A DNA stretch of 64,000 bases, from the NCBI GenBank assembly GCA_963737155.1, contig CAVTRN010000002.1:96001-160000 (forward strand), in the 5' to 3' direction. Both the position numbers and the translations under genes were made by a program. Each line of letters starts with the position of its first letter. The stretch's first letter is position 1. Source of the stretch: Nitrospirota bacterium. GTDB lineage: Bacteria; Nitrospirota; UBA9217. Below the pieces are notes generated by a model that saw only the letters and a program-made list of their open reading frames with translations, was not told where the DNA came from and did no database searches. Of the stretch, positions 13,901 to 23,447 are shown piece after piece.

Positions 13901-15197
13901 CGACCGCGGCGTCCATTACTTCCTGGAGCAGCGGCTGAATTCCGGCTGCTTCAAGGACCCGCCCGCTCAGGGCATGTATCCTGGTGAGGGCGGTCAGGTC
14001 GTTCTTCAGGCGGTCCTCCGCCCGTTTGCGTTCGGTGATGTCGTATGCGTAAATGCGCGCGACTTTGAATTGAGGCATCAGATGAATGGCCTCGCTGAAG
14101 ATTCTGTCCTTGACCGTGAGCTCGCGAGAGACGGAGGATTCGCTGTTCTTCGCCATATCTTTTAAAATGATGTTCAGGTCCTTCGGGAGGAATACCTCTG
14201 ACTCCCCCTTGTTCAGACCCAGATGTTCCAATATTTTTTCTACACCCGGATTGGCGAAGATGATGCTGCCGGAGGCATTTACCTCGATAACCGGATTCGG
14301 GTTGAGCTGCGGGAACGAGGCGAGATGCCAAGCGCGTTCCTCGGCTCGTTTGAGTTCTTCGATCTTGCCCTGGAGCTGCGAGTTTACCGTCTTCAGCTCT
14401 TCGTTCAATGATTGGAGCTCTTCGCGGGAAGTATCCAGCTCCTCGTTTGCCATCTTCAATTCCTCGTTCGAGGCCTGGAACTCTTCGTTGATGCACTTTA
14501 ACTGCTCGATGTGGTTCTGAAGGTCGGTGCGCGTCGCCGCAAACTCGTATTCGAGCCGGTGAATCGCAGTCTCCTTGGAGCTCTTCGTGGCTGTTCCGAT
14601 TCCCGGGATATTGAGGAGTTCCGCTGCAATGCCCTCGGGAGAGAACACGGCATTCGCCTCGCCCGCTGCGATGGCCGCAAACGGTATGCTGTCAAATTTC
14701 GCGGACTTTGGATCCTGAACGAATACCCTGCCGCCCGCGCTCCGGACAGCCTGGCAGCCGCAGGCCCCGTCGGTCCCCGCTCCGGAGAAGATCACGGCGA
14801 TGGAACGATCGCCCGCATCCTTTGCCAGTGAAGAGAGAAATCCATCAATCGGCTGGTGGATGCGCCCTCCGGCAGGTACATTCGTTTGAAAGAAACTTTT
14901 CCAGAGGTGGACATTTCTGCCCGGAGGGGACACGTACAGTCTTCCAGGCTGCGCCTTGAGGCCGTCGGATATCTCCTGAATAATGAGGGAAGGCAGTCTT
15001 GCGGAAAGGAGGTTGGAGAGAAGGCCCTTGTGCTTCGGGGAGACATGCTGGATTAGAACTAAAGCAAAGCCGAAATCAACCGGAAGAACGGATAGGAATC
15101 GCTTGAGTGCGTCGAGTCCGCCCGCCGAGGCGCCGATGCCCACGAACGGGAAAGAAGAAGGGCCCGGATTCATTTTTGTCGGGGTATCCGAATTCAT
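10995..15197 (-). CDS. CheB-methylesterase / coiled-coil / PAS / GAF sensor histidine kinase
   Basis: CheB motifs GIGASAGG, QH, SGAGTDG; NEELQS coiled coil; PAS and GAF domains; SVSHDLRAPL H-box; NAWKFT, DNGAGF, GTGIGLA. ATG at 15197 follows a GGAGG RBS. Confidence 0.9.
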   Translation of the reverse strand: MNSDTPTKMNPGPSSFPFVGIGASAGGLDALKRFLSVLPVDFGFALVLIQHVSPKHKGLLSNLLSARLPSLIIQEISDGLKAQPGRLYVSPPGRNVHLWKSFFQTNVPAGGRIHQPIDGFLSSLAKDAGDRSIAVIFSGAGTDGACGCQAVRSAGGRVFVQDPKSAKFDSIPFAAIAAGEANAVFSPEGIAAELLNIPGIGTATKSSKETAIHRLEYEFAATRTDLQNHIEQLKCINEEFQASNEELKMANEELDTSREELQSLNEELKTVNSQLQGKIEELKRAEERAWHLASFPQLNPNPVIEVNASGSIIFANPGVEKILEHLGLNKGESEVFLPKDLNIILKDMAKNSESSVSRELTVKDRIFSEAIHLMPQFKVARIYAYDITERKRAEDRLKNDLTALTRIHALSGRVLEAAGIQPLLQEVMDAAVAIMRADRGTLQLVEGDSLRIVAHHGHRQPFLDYFAHAENKASVCGAAMKCAKRVIVPDVETDDLFAGTPSLVVLRDAGVRAVQSTPLISRSGALLGILTTQCGVPYSPDKLDLWGIDLLARQAADLIEHSQAEEALRDSERRERNRAEELAATLEAAPVPVIIVHDPDSTHMTGNPAANELLQHPHGVEISLSAPPAVKPRHFKAVKDGRELRLDELPAQRAARGEHVRDFEFSLVFDDGATRHVLGYGTPLLDDLGRPRGAVHVLVDITERKKADEEREMTVKFLRLVNESKDTKTLIHLVTDFFQERSGCEAVGIRLHEGHDYPYFETRGFSKEFVQLESSLCNCDKEGKPILDSVGNPVLACMCGNVICGRFDPSKPFFTRRGSFWSNCTTDLLAATTDVDRQARTRNRCNGEGYESVALISLMLGRERLGLLQLNDRRKGRFTENSINQWERLSDYLAVALAKFKADEALRENEEQFRTLANSIPNLAWWANADGYITWYNRRWYEYTGKTPAQMEGWGWQSVHDPEVLPKVLERWKASIATGEPFDMEFPLRGTDGVFRPFLTRVMPLQDSAGKILRWFGTNTDITERKRAEEALRANEAKYHSLFENMINGFAYHRIVADKNGKPVDYVFLEVNEAFEKQTGLKRTDIIGKGVRDALPGIENDPADWIGTYGRVALSGQEVRFQQFAEPLGKWYSVSAYSPINGYFAAIFEDVTERKKAEVAVLKLSEDMATRNLELEAANKEMEAFIYSVSHDLRAPLRIMAGFSKILIEDYGSKLEDQPKDYLTRITNAAEKMTGLIDDMLRLSSISKQNIDRMDYDLSKLVASIEIGLREADSKRSVEVALTEGLRAYVDPNLFKIALANLLENAWKFTSKTTNARIEFSAFEKDGNTVYYIRDNGAGFDMTYANKVFLPFQRLHTEKEFEGTGIGLAIVERIIRRHGGAVWAEGEVGKGATVYFTLGV

Positions 15198-15743
15198 AAG
15201 GCCTCCGGAAATGTTGGCTTTAAGTCGAAAAGACAAAAAATAACTATGTAGAACATTAACACAGTGAATGAGGGATGTAAACAGTATTTGGGGGTCGGGC
15301 AATAGCTATTGATGGATGTAATTGCGTGTTATTCAAGATGTATTCTACAATTTCAAAGAGATGCAATCGTCGCGGATTTCAGGAAGATTTTTTGCCGGAA
15401 GGACCGTATCATAACATCCATAATCCAAACGGAATGTTTCACCATCCTCTTAACAGGCCTTGCGGCTTACATCTACAAGCATGCACTGCCAATATCTTGA
15501 CGATGCAAAGAATACTAAGTAGTATCTTGCATTGAAAGGGTGTGAAAATGTTACAGCGTTTTAAAATGCTAAAGGCGAATTATTTCTTGTCGAGAATTGT
15601 ATCTTTTGTGGGCAGCCGGCGCGGAGTCTTGCGGCACAAATAACTCACTCCGTAATAGCATAATATAAAGAGCTGATTTCCACCTTTTTCATCTCCAACT
15701 ACCCGCGTTCGACATGGCCAAGTGTACCATGCCTCTAAGTCAT

Positions 15744-17147
15744 TTAGAAAGACCCGATTTTCGCAGGCTTGACGTTCTGATTCAGCCGGAAGAAGTTTGT
15801 CGGGTCGTATTTGTTCTTGAGCGCAATGAGTCTGCCATACTTTGCCAGGCCGTATGCCGCCCTGACCCTATCTTCCCCCTCTTCGCCGAGGAAATTCACG
15901 TAAACGCCTCCCGTCGAAAAGGGTCTCATCGCTACTTCAAAATCCCGTGTCCATTGTATATGCCTATCCGCTTCCAGAGGATTCTCCCATTTGGTGACGA
16001 TGTTGAGTGCGCATGAGGAGTCTCGGTGGCTGAAGGCCATATCGTCTTCATTGACTCTGCGCACTGCCCCCTCGAGGTGTTGAAGGTGCACTTGTGACAG
16101 TGGTGATGTTATGGCCTCAGAATAGCTCGCAAGAACCTCAATCGCCTCATCGCTGAAACTCTTCAGATAGGACGATTTCCAGAAGTTCTGAAGACCCGGC
16201 GGCGCGCCGGAATCGAGCATTGACTGGAGTTCTACATAGGGCATTATCCTTACGGCATCCTTGAGCGGAGGCCCGAAATCACGAAGCGGCTTCAAGACCT
16301 TTTCCCCCGCCTTAAGGGGGCCTATGTAACATACATGGATGGCTGCCACAGGCCTCTCGCGAAGGATTCTGTTGAGAGAGGGATTATGCGGGGCTGCCAT
16401 ATATACGAACATCGTAGTGAGTTCGTCAGGGATGACATTGATATAGTCGCGATAGAATCGCAGGATCTCACGGGTCATCGCCGCAGGATAATATATAGTG
16501 CCAGCAAGCACCGGACCTACCTGATAGAGCCGGTATTCGAATTCTGTCACAATGCCAAAGTTGCCTCCTCCACCCCTTATACCCCAAAAGAGGTCTGGAT
16601 TCTCAACTGCACTGGCGGTCAGGAGTTGTCCATCTACTGTGATAACCTTAGCAGAAAGGAGGTTGTCACAAGTTACTCCGAACCTCCGCATCAGCCAGCC
16701 TATGCCGCCGCCCAGGGTCAGTCCGGCAATACCCGTTCTTGAGACAATCCCGCCCGTCACTGCCAGTCCAAAGGTCTGGGTCGTGCGGTCGAATTCTCCC
16801 CAGTTCAAACCGGCTTGGGCACGGGCAATCCGGGATGCAGCATTCACCTCGATCCGCTTCATCCTCGAAAGGTCTATCACTATCCCGCCATCACAGACGC
16901 CGTTCCCCGAAACGTTGTGCCCGCCGCTCCGCACGGCGGTGAGCATCCCCTGGGAATGCGCATAATTTATCGACTTAAGCACGTCATCAACATTATCGCA
17001 ATAGGCGATCATCGCGGGATATCTGTCTATCATGCCGTTCCATACCCTGCGGCCCATGTCGTAACCATCTTCACCGAGCATGATTAGCTTTCCGTGCAGG
17101 GACTCTTTAAATTTTCGTATGATCTCATTCTTAAGGATTGTACTCAT
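15744..17147 (-). CDS. FAD-binding oxidoreductase (berberine-bridge-enzyme / VAO family)
   Basis: RSGGHN covalent-FAD motif, GLTLGGG, DLFWGIRGGGGNFG, YVNF...KYDP.NFF BBE tail. Confidence 0.93.
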   Translation of the reverse strand: MSTILKNEIIRKFKESLHGKLIMLGEDGYDMGRRVWNGMIDRYPAMIAYCDNVDDVLKSINYAHSQGMLTAVRSGGHNVSGNGVCDGGIVIDLSRMKRIEVNAASRIARAQAGLNWGEFDRTTQTFGLAVTGGIVSRTGIAGLTLGGGIGWLMRRFGVTCDNLLSAKVITVDGQLLTASAVENPDLFWGIRGGGGNFGIVTEFEYRLYQVGPVLAGTIYYPAAMTREILRFYRDYINVIPDELTTMFVYMAAPHNPSLNRILRERPVAAIHVCYIGPLKAGEKVLKPLRDFGPPLKDAVRIMPYVELQSMLDSGAPPGLQNFWKSSYLKSFSDEAIEVLASYSEAITSPLSQVHLQHLEGAVRRVNEDDMAFSHRDSSCALNIVTKWENPLEADRHIQWTRDFEVAMRPFSTGGVYVNFLGEEGEDRVRAAYGLAKYGRLIALKNKYDPTNFFRLNQNVKPAKIGSF

Positions 17148-17388
17148 GAATTTTAAAACCCGCCGGCATTGCTATAATGTGCGCCTACGTATCAAATATA
17201 CTCTATTAATTATGAGTTGCAACTTGCAGCAGGGCAAGAGAATGTTCAAGTGAAGATTTGAGGAAGGTTTATTAACCGAATGATTCAACCGATATCTTCC
17301 AAATTCTTATAAGTCACCGTTCCTACTGTGTACACCTACATGATTACAAGAACACAATCGGAACAAGACACTATTCTAACAATGGTCT

Positions 17389-18357
17389 TTACGTATCTGT
17401 TATGCGAATATCAGCACAGCGATCATTTGATGTGTCCGGACATTCCACGACAGGTGATTGCCGGCCCCGTTCAATTAGAAGACGAACTACATCCGGACGT
17501 GCGTAATGTCCTGCACAGTCGGTTATAATTTTTCTGTCCGTGATGCGGTCAAAGTCCAGTTCGGACGTTAATAGGACCTCTTCTTCTGGAGCCGGGCCTG
17601 CCAGAAGTTCCCCGAACGGGGCAACGATACACGAGTGCCCTCCGCCGATGCTGAACTTGCCGGTCCCACCATGTTGCGAAAGCCAATCGAGAATGTCTTG
17701 GGTCATGACGGATGAAGCCGAAGCGACAAACGCTTGGGATTGAAATGCGTAGTTACGCGCTGCTGCTTCGACGACATTACTGATCCAATGCATTCCACCA
17801 GGCCACAAGGCAAAGTGAATTTCCTCGCGCTGAGATTGCATTGCATAACAAAATAACGCATTTGAATGCTCGTAGCAGATGAGACCACCCACGCGACCCG
17901 CAGACGTATCGAAGGCGTAAAGATCCGAGCCGTCCCCACGGCCCCAGACCATGCGCTCGTGAAATGTCGGCATAAGTTTGCGCCTCCTGCCGACCAATGC
18001 ACCTTCTGGAGAAAAGAACAATTGCGAGTTGTACATAGTTCCGCCACCCCGCTCGCTAACGCCAATCACAACGCCGCATCGGGCGTCGCGAGCAGCGGCG
18101 GCTAGGCCTTCGGTTTCAGCGCCCGGGACTATAATAGAATTTTCGAAATATTCCCGGTTAATCGCACCGGTGGCCATACTGGGCATGGTCATTAGCCAAT
18201 AGGGATAGCCCGGTATAACTGTTTCTGGAAACACTACCCATTGAGCACCTTCACTGCCAGCACGTGCTATCCAAGCACAAGCTTTCTTTACAGTTGCCTC
18301 TCGGTTAAGAAAGATGGGTGCCACCTGCGCCACCGCAACTTTGATTCTTGTTCCCAT
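17389..18357 (-). CDS. Nitrilase (carbon-nitrogen hydrolase family)
   Basis: Catalytic E-K-C in FPET, RRKLMPT, ICYEH; GHYARPD. ATG at 18357. Confidence 0.92.
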   Translation of the reverse strand: MGTRIKVAVAQVAPIFLNREATVKKACAWIARAGSEGAQWVVFPETVIPGYPYWLMTMPSMATGAINREYFENSIIVPGAETEGLAAAARDARCGVVIGVSERGGGTMYNSQLFFSPEGALVGRRRKLMPTFHERMVWGRGDGSDLYAFDTSAGRVGGLICYEHSNALFCYAMQSQREEIHFALWPGGMHWISNVVEAAARNYAFQSQAFVASASSVMTQDILDWLSQHGGTGKFSIGGGHSCIVAPFGELLAGPAPEEEVLLTSELDFDRITDRKIITDCAGHYARPDVVRLLIERGRQSPVVECPDTSNDRCADIRITDT

Positions 18358-18544
18358 TTTCGTCTCCCTTGCTCGCCGGGCTCCATTTCGGCTGGCTTCA
18401 CAACTGTCTGAGCGATGCGCGACCACGTCAGCCTGAAATCACGATGCACTCAATCTTATGCTAAATTATAGCACTCTCGTAGAAGTGATGCCGGGAGGAA
18501 AAGTCACACCCAGCATCACTGAGCATGGAGTGCTGATATTATCA

Positions 18545-18765
18545 GATACCGACTGGATATTTTTGGGGTTATCGAATTCAGGTTGTAACTTTATATGTGT
18601 AGAAAAATGGAAACTTCACCTGGTAGGAAGGAGTTGCTGACAGAGAACTTTATCACAAAATGCAATGATATAAAATGAATTCTGCACCTTCGACAATATT
18701 ATATGAAACTTGGCTTCACCTACTATCATTGAATGTCAATATTGTGACAATGGTGAAGAATGCGG
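18545..18765 (+). repeat. CACCTAC-family repeat, full copy (core 18717-18723)
   Basis: ATGGAAACT..GGAAG..AACTTTATCACAAAATGCAATGATATAAAATGAATTCTGCACCTTCG..ATTATATGAAACTTGGCTTCACCTAC plus right arm; lies directly 3' of the kinase gene. Confidence 0.88.
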
Positions 18766-18774
18766 GTTGAAATA

Positions 18775-21700
18775 TTAATTGCTAAGCGTCTTATTTAAGA
18801 CTTCTGTGAGAGCGTTAACATCATAGGGTTTCTTCAAAAACGCCCTAAATCCCTGCGTAATATAATTCGCAGTTGCCGCATCATCGGAGTATCCGCTCGA
18901 TACGATAGCTTTAACTTGAGGATCCATTTTGAGTAACTGCTGGATCGTTTCTAGCCCACCCATGCCTTCCCGAATTGTGAGGTCGAGGATAACGATGTCA
19001 AAGTGGCTCCCGGCATCCATCGCATTTTTATATTTTCCCAATGCTTCTTCGCCGCGATTTGCAACGTCAACGTCATGTCCCAGCAAGACAAGCAGTTCTC
19101 TGTTCAGATTCCTGATTACTTCTTCATCGTCCATAACGAGGATCTTTGCTTTTCTCGATTGGGTAGGCTCGTGTTGTTTTTCCGCGGATCCCGTCCGGAC
19201 CTCTCCTGCGATCGCAGGAAGATATATTGTGATCGTCGTTCCGATACCTGGTTTCGTCTTAACATCAATCATGCCGCCGTGATTTCTGACAATTGAGTAG
19301 GAAGTTGCCAACCCCAGCCCGCTTCCTTTCTCTTTGGTCGTGAAATAGGGGTCGAAGATTTTATTCAGATACTGTTCTGGAATACCAACGCCGGTGTCAC
19401 GGATAGCTATCATGACATAGTCAGCCTGTGTAAGCCCGAGGGGGAGCGATGCATCGCCCTTTGCTATGTTCGCAGCCGTGACCTTGACTGTGCCGCCGAC
19501 TGGCATGGCTTGATCCGCATTCAGCACGATGTTCTGGATTACCTGCCCCAACTGACCTCCATCCGCCTCTGCCTGCCACAGGTCTTCCGGGAGGTTCATA
19601 CGGAGACCGGAGCGGGAGCCGCTTAACGTAAACTTTGCGGAGTTTTCAATGATTGGTCGGAGATCGACCTGTTTCTTGACTGGTGTGCCACCCTTGGAGA
19701 AGGTCAGAAGCTGGGTCGTGAGATTAACCGACTGATGAAGTGCTTGCTCGGCTTGTTCCAAGGCTGCTGTGCTTTTCACCGGATTCTTTGCAGTCATCTT
19801 TGCCAGAGAAATGTAGCCGAATACTCCTTGAAGCAAATTGTTAAAGTCATGGGCAATGCCGCCGGCCAGTGTGCCGATAGACTCGAGTTTTTGCGTTTTG
19901 AGTCGTTCTTCCTCGAGCAGATATCTCTCTGTGATGTTATTGATCGTCTCGATGACAGATATTACGGCACCAGACGAATCTTTAATAGGGAACGCTCTAG
20001 TCTCTACGAAGAGGATATTGCCATTGGAGTCTTTGTGGCGGTGAACTGTCGAATAAGGCGTGCCCGTTTCGAAAGCTTGGTGTGGCGCGCAATCTTCACC
20101 TTCTTCATAACAAGGCCGGTTAGAGCGGTGAGATACCTTGTAACAGTGCTGTCCGATAATTTCTCCATCACTGCCGCCAACTTGTTTGCAGTATGTCTTG
20201 TTTGCAGTCTGGATGCGGTAGTCCTGGTCTACGACGATGAATCCCTCATCCACAGTATCGAGGATGCTCCTGATGAACTTTTCGCTCTGCAGGATTTTCT
20301 CCTCAGCCTGTTTGCGTTCAGTGATGTCTTGACAGGTTCCGCTTAAAATAGTTTGCGTACCAGTATCGTCGTGAATAAGTTCTCCTTGAGAATGGAGAAT
20401 CCTGGTTGTGCCATCCCTTAAAATAAATCGATAGTCAATAATGAATGGCTTGCGCAGCACCGCCTCCTCAATGGCTTTTTTAAGTGCACTCCGGTCAACC
20501 GGGTGGATCATATTGAGGAACATGGTGAAGTTCGCAGTGTCTTTCTTTGGATCAAGCCCGAACAACCGGAACAGCTCATCAGACCAGATCACCTGACCAT
20601 TCGTCTGATTGTGCTGCCAGCTCCCGATATGCGCAATTCGTTGTGACTCGGCAAGCTGTTTTTCCCGTTCCTTCAGCGCTTCCTCCATCCGTTTGCTTTC
20701 GGAGATGTCTGTGTGCATGCCGACAAGGCCAACAACGTTGTCTTCTTTATTCTTAATAGAATATGCACGGAGATAAATATCCCTTTCTGTTTTATCTTTA
20801 TCTAACATTTTTACTTCGCCTGCAAAAGAACCACCCTTCATGATTATGTCAAATACTTTTCGTCCAACTTTTTCATCAGCGTATACAGTTGCAGGCGGTC
20901 CTGAAACACCATCGACTTCCCTAATAGATAATCCGAACAATTTAGTATAAGCCTCATTTTGATAATAATGCCTTCCAGCAGGTGTAGCCATACCAATTGC
21001 ATCTGTTGCGCTATCCACTGCCATCTGAAAATAAAGAAGCGCTTCCTCAGCCCTCTTGCGATCGGTGATGTCGCGCATTAAACAAAAAAACATTGGCTGT
21101 TTATCAAGCAAATAATTAACACTCGCTTCAATATTAATAACTTTCCCATCTTTGCGTCTATGCTTTGTCTCGAAGCGGGCATAACCAGTCCCTATGATTT
21201 GTTGGAGTCGCTTTTCAATTACTTCTTGCGTATCCAGTACTTCAACATCTTTTACACTCATCTTAAGCAGTTCCTCATTGCTATAACCTATCATCGAGCT
21301 ATAAGAATCATTAGTTTCTAAAATTTGACCTTCCATATCGACAAGATAAAAGCCATCCATCGCCATGCGAAGAATTGTCTTAATGCGTTCTTCCGCTCGC
21401 TTGCGCTCGGTGATATCGCGAATAACGCTGCAGCAGTATTTGATACCTTCAATCTCAATTAATTTAACCTGTGCCTCCGTTAAGAAAACCGAAACATCTT
21501 TTCGCATATGAGTTGATTCAAAACGCAGTTCCCCCGTTCTTAGCAACTCACTTATTCTTTGAGAGAAAAACTTGTTCTGCTCTGAAATTATAATTTTCGA
21601 CAACTTCATCCCAATCATTTCTTCTCTCAGGTAGCCTCGGGATTCATAAGCTGACTTGTTGGCGAAGACTATATTGCCATCTAGGTCGTGGATGAGGATC

Positions 21701-21786
21701 GAATCAGCGGACAAGTCTAAAATAAAAGATTGTTGTTGCAAAGAGTCTAATGTTAAGGTTGCTGGCAGCATGGAAAATGTCCTCAA
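18775..21786 (-). CDS. Multi-PAS hybrid histidine kinase / response regulator
   Basis: About five PAS-PAC units, GGIAHDFNNLL H-box, FDPYFTTK, C-terminal receiver (VMDDE, ILDLT). Start codon uncertain. Confidence 0.92.
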   Translation of the reverse strand: MRTFSMLPATLTLDSLQQQSFILDLSADSILIHDLDGNIVFANKSAYESRGYLREEMIGMKLSKIIISEQNKFFSQRISELLRTGELRFESTHMRKDVSVFLTEAQVKLIEIEGIKYCCSVIRDITERKRAEERIKTILRMAMDGFYLVDMEGQILETNDSYSSMIGYSNEELLKMSVKDVEVLDTQEVIEKRLQQIIGTGYARFETKHRRKDGKVINIEASVNYLLDKQPMFFCLMRDITDRKRAEEALLYFQMAVDSATDAIGMATPAGRHYYQNEAYTKLFGLSIREVDGVSGPPATVYADEKVGRKVFDIIMKGGSFAGEVKMLDKDKTERDIYLRAYSIKNKEDNVVGLVGMHTDISESKRMEEALKEREKQLAESQRIAHIGSWQHNQTNGQVIWSDELFRLFGLDPKKDTANFTMFLNMIHPVDRSALKKAIEEAVLRKPFIIDYRFILRDGTTRILHSQGELIHDDTGTQTILSGTCQDITERKQAEEKILQSEKFIRSILDTVDEGFIVVDQDYRIQTANKTYCKQVGGSDGEIIGQHCYKVSHRSNRPCYEEGEDCAPHQAFETGTPYSTVHRHKDSNGNILFVETRAFPIKDSSGAVISVIETINNITERYLLEEERLKTQKLESIGTLAGGIAHDFNNLLQGVFGYISLAKMTAKNPVKSTAALEQAEQALHQSVNLTTQLLTFSKGGTPVKKQVDLRPIIENSAKFTLSGSRSGLRMNLPEDLWQAEADGGQLGQVIQNIVLNADQAMPVGGTVKVTAANIAKGDASLPLGLTQADYVMIAIRDTGVGIPEQYLNKIFDPYFTTKEKGSGLGLATSYSIVRNHGGMIDVKTKPGIGTTITIYLPAIAGEVRTGSAEKQHEPTQSRKAKILVMDDEEVIRNLNRELLVLLGHDVDVANRGEEALGKYKNAMDAGSHFDIVILDLTIREGMGGLETIQQLLKMDPQVKAIVSSGYSDDAATANYITQGFRAFLKKPYDVNALTEVLNKTLSN

Positions 21787-22099
21787 ACAGTCAAAAAAAT
21801 CGAGTATAAGAATAGCGTCATATTATTGAAAATGTATCGGAAAGTAACATATTTCATAGGCTTGCTATCTGTATTTCGAGTTGTATTCTGTCATTTCCAA
21901 TAGATGATACGTATGCCTCCTTAATAAGCATTGCTATTAAACTTATCGTCACAATCTTGATTAACTTAAGTGAGCAATATGATTTGTTAAGGGAATTTTA
22001 AGGGTAAGTTAACGAACACGGCCTGATAATGGAAGTTGCTAAGAATAGAAGCAGCACAGATAAAGGAAGGGGGGGCATTGTATGCTTCAATGTCAATTG

Positions 22100-22165
22100 C
22101 GCACCTCTACTAATATTATACGAAATTCGACTTCACCTACAATTTTGTACTGGTGTTGACGTTCT
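22100..22165 (+). repeat. CACCTAC-family repeat (core 22134-22140)
   Basis: GCACCTCTACTAATATTATACGAAATTCGACTTCACCTAC-AATTT-TGTACTGGTGTTGAC. Confidence 0.8.
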
Positions 22166-22561
22166 ATATGCATTTTTGCTGAATCTTTTGATATCGCATT
22201 CATGATTTTCATGCATTATTGAGGTTTAATGAATGCTCTACCATCTATTGATTTGCTTGAAAGCTTAGCTACTCTATTGAATCTATCATTGTTTCTAAAA
22301 GCTCTAAGAAAATACTCATACACCCAATCATCCTTGATGAATGCCCTAATTAGCGTCCCTCTTGATATTTCGCATGTATCCCATCCTGTTGTATATTCTT
22401 GTTCTCATATATGCACTACAGGGCAAATAGTCGTAAATAACATATTTATAAAATATTAATTCTTTTGCGATTCTTATTTGCAGCATCTTTATGCCAATCG
22501 TACTAATATTCTAAGTATGGAGAGCACATTCTAAGCCAACAAAAAAGCAAGGAGGAGTTAC

Positions 22562-22879
22562 ATGAAACTGGTAAAAGCCATAATTAGACCGTTAAGTTGG
22601 GAAAAGGTAAACACTGCCCTTCAAGAAATGGGAATCGATGATATGTGGGTTGATGAAAGAACGGTTGGCCAAGTTGTAAGTAACGGCTTCAAGAAAGGGG
22701 AAGCATTGCTTTACCGTGGGGCAGAATATGTAGTAGACTTTATGACAAAAACGGAGGTTGAGATCATCGTTGCGGATGGTTTTGTGGACAAAGTTGTCGA
22801 TACAATCCGCAAGATTGCTGGTACGAGTAGGAAGGAAGATTGCCGAATATGTATTCTGCCACTCATTGAAGCAATTTAG
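22562..22879 (+). CDS. Divergent P-II family nitrogen regulatory protein
   Basis: MKLVKAIIRP, YRGAEYVVDF..K..VEIIV; AGGAGG RBS. The B-loop motif is altered. Confidence 0.82.
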   Translation: MKLVKAIIRPLSWEKVNTALQEMGIDDMWVDERTVGQVVSNGFKKGEALLYRGAEYVVDFMTKTEVEIIVADGFVDKVVDTIRKIAGTSRKEDCRICILPLIEAI

Positions 22880-23083
22880 GCCTACACTTTTTCAACCACA
22901 GAGTCGGTAGAAAGGCGCTGGTACCGGCAGTTATCCTAAAATGTGACCCGTTAGAATCTGTGGACGTTTTCCGGTCCGTCAAATTACCAAGTGAATGAGA
23001 TCATGCCTTTTGCTTTTTTTATGTTTCGCGAAAACTCTAGGCTTTTCTCGTAACGAGTTTCGACTTAAAACATCGTAAGGAGA

Positions 23084-23345
23084 TTGAAATGTAAAAAGAT
23101 GGGTTCTATTCTAGGTTTGAAGATTGGCTTGATGATATACTGCGCCATGGTGGCACTGGCAGCGCCAGTATTCGGAGACGCTGCGAAGCCGGCAGCACCA
23201 GTAGTGGGCGCCGATAACATCAAGAAAGCACTCGGTATCAGCTTCTATGTTCAGGGCGGCTATACGTACAATGGGAGCGCCAGCAACGGCGCCACCCGGG
23301 ACTCGGTAAACTAGTTGCGGGTGTTCGACCACGATGCTAACAACT
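23084..23345 (+). pseudogene. N-terminal fragment of an outer-membrane beta-barrel (porin-like) protein
   Basis: Signal peptide, then YVQGGYTYN...N*LRVFDHDANNF with an in-frame stop, then truncation by a repeat arm. Confidence 0.55.
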
Positions 23346-23447
23346 TCAGGTTCATACTTCTTGCGTTGCAAAGAATGGCACACAATTGACACAGGAAGCT
23401 CTTTTTACCTGAAAAACCATATCATAATATCCATGATTCAAACAGAA
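23340..23447 (+). repeat. CACCTAC-family repeat, left part (interrupted by IS256)
   Basis: GTTGCAAAGAATGG..CAGGAAG..AACCATATCATAATATCCATGATTCAAACAGAA nearly matches 33895-33979. Confidence 0.8.

Noticed and set aside
17333-17339. Isolated CACCTAC at 17333 and at 43711
   Set aside because: Same orientation and intergenic, but the arms are not convincingly alignable; left out of the count.
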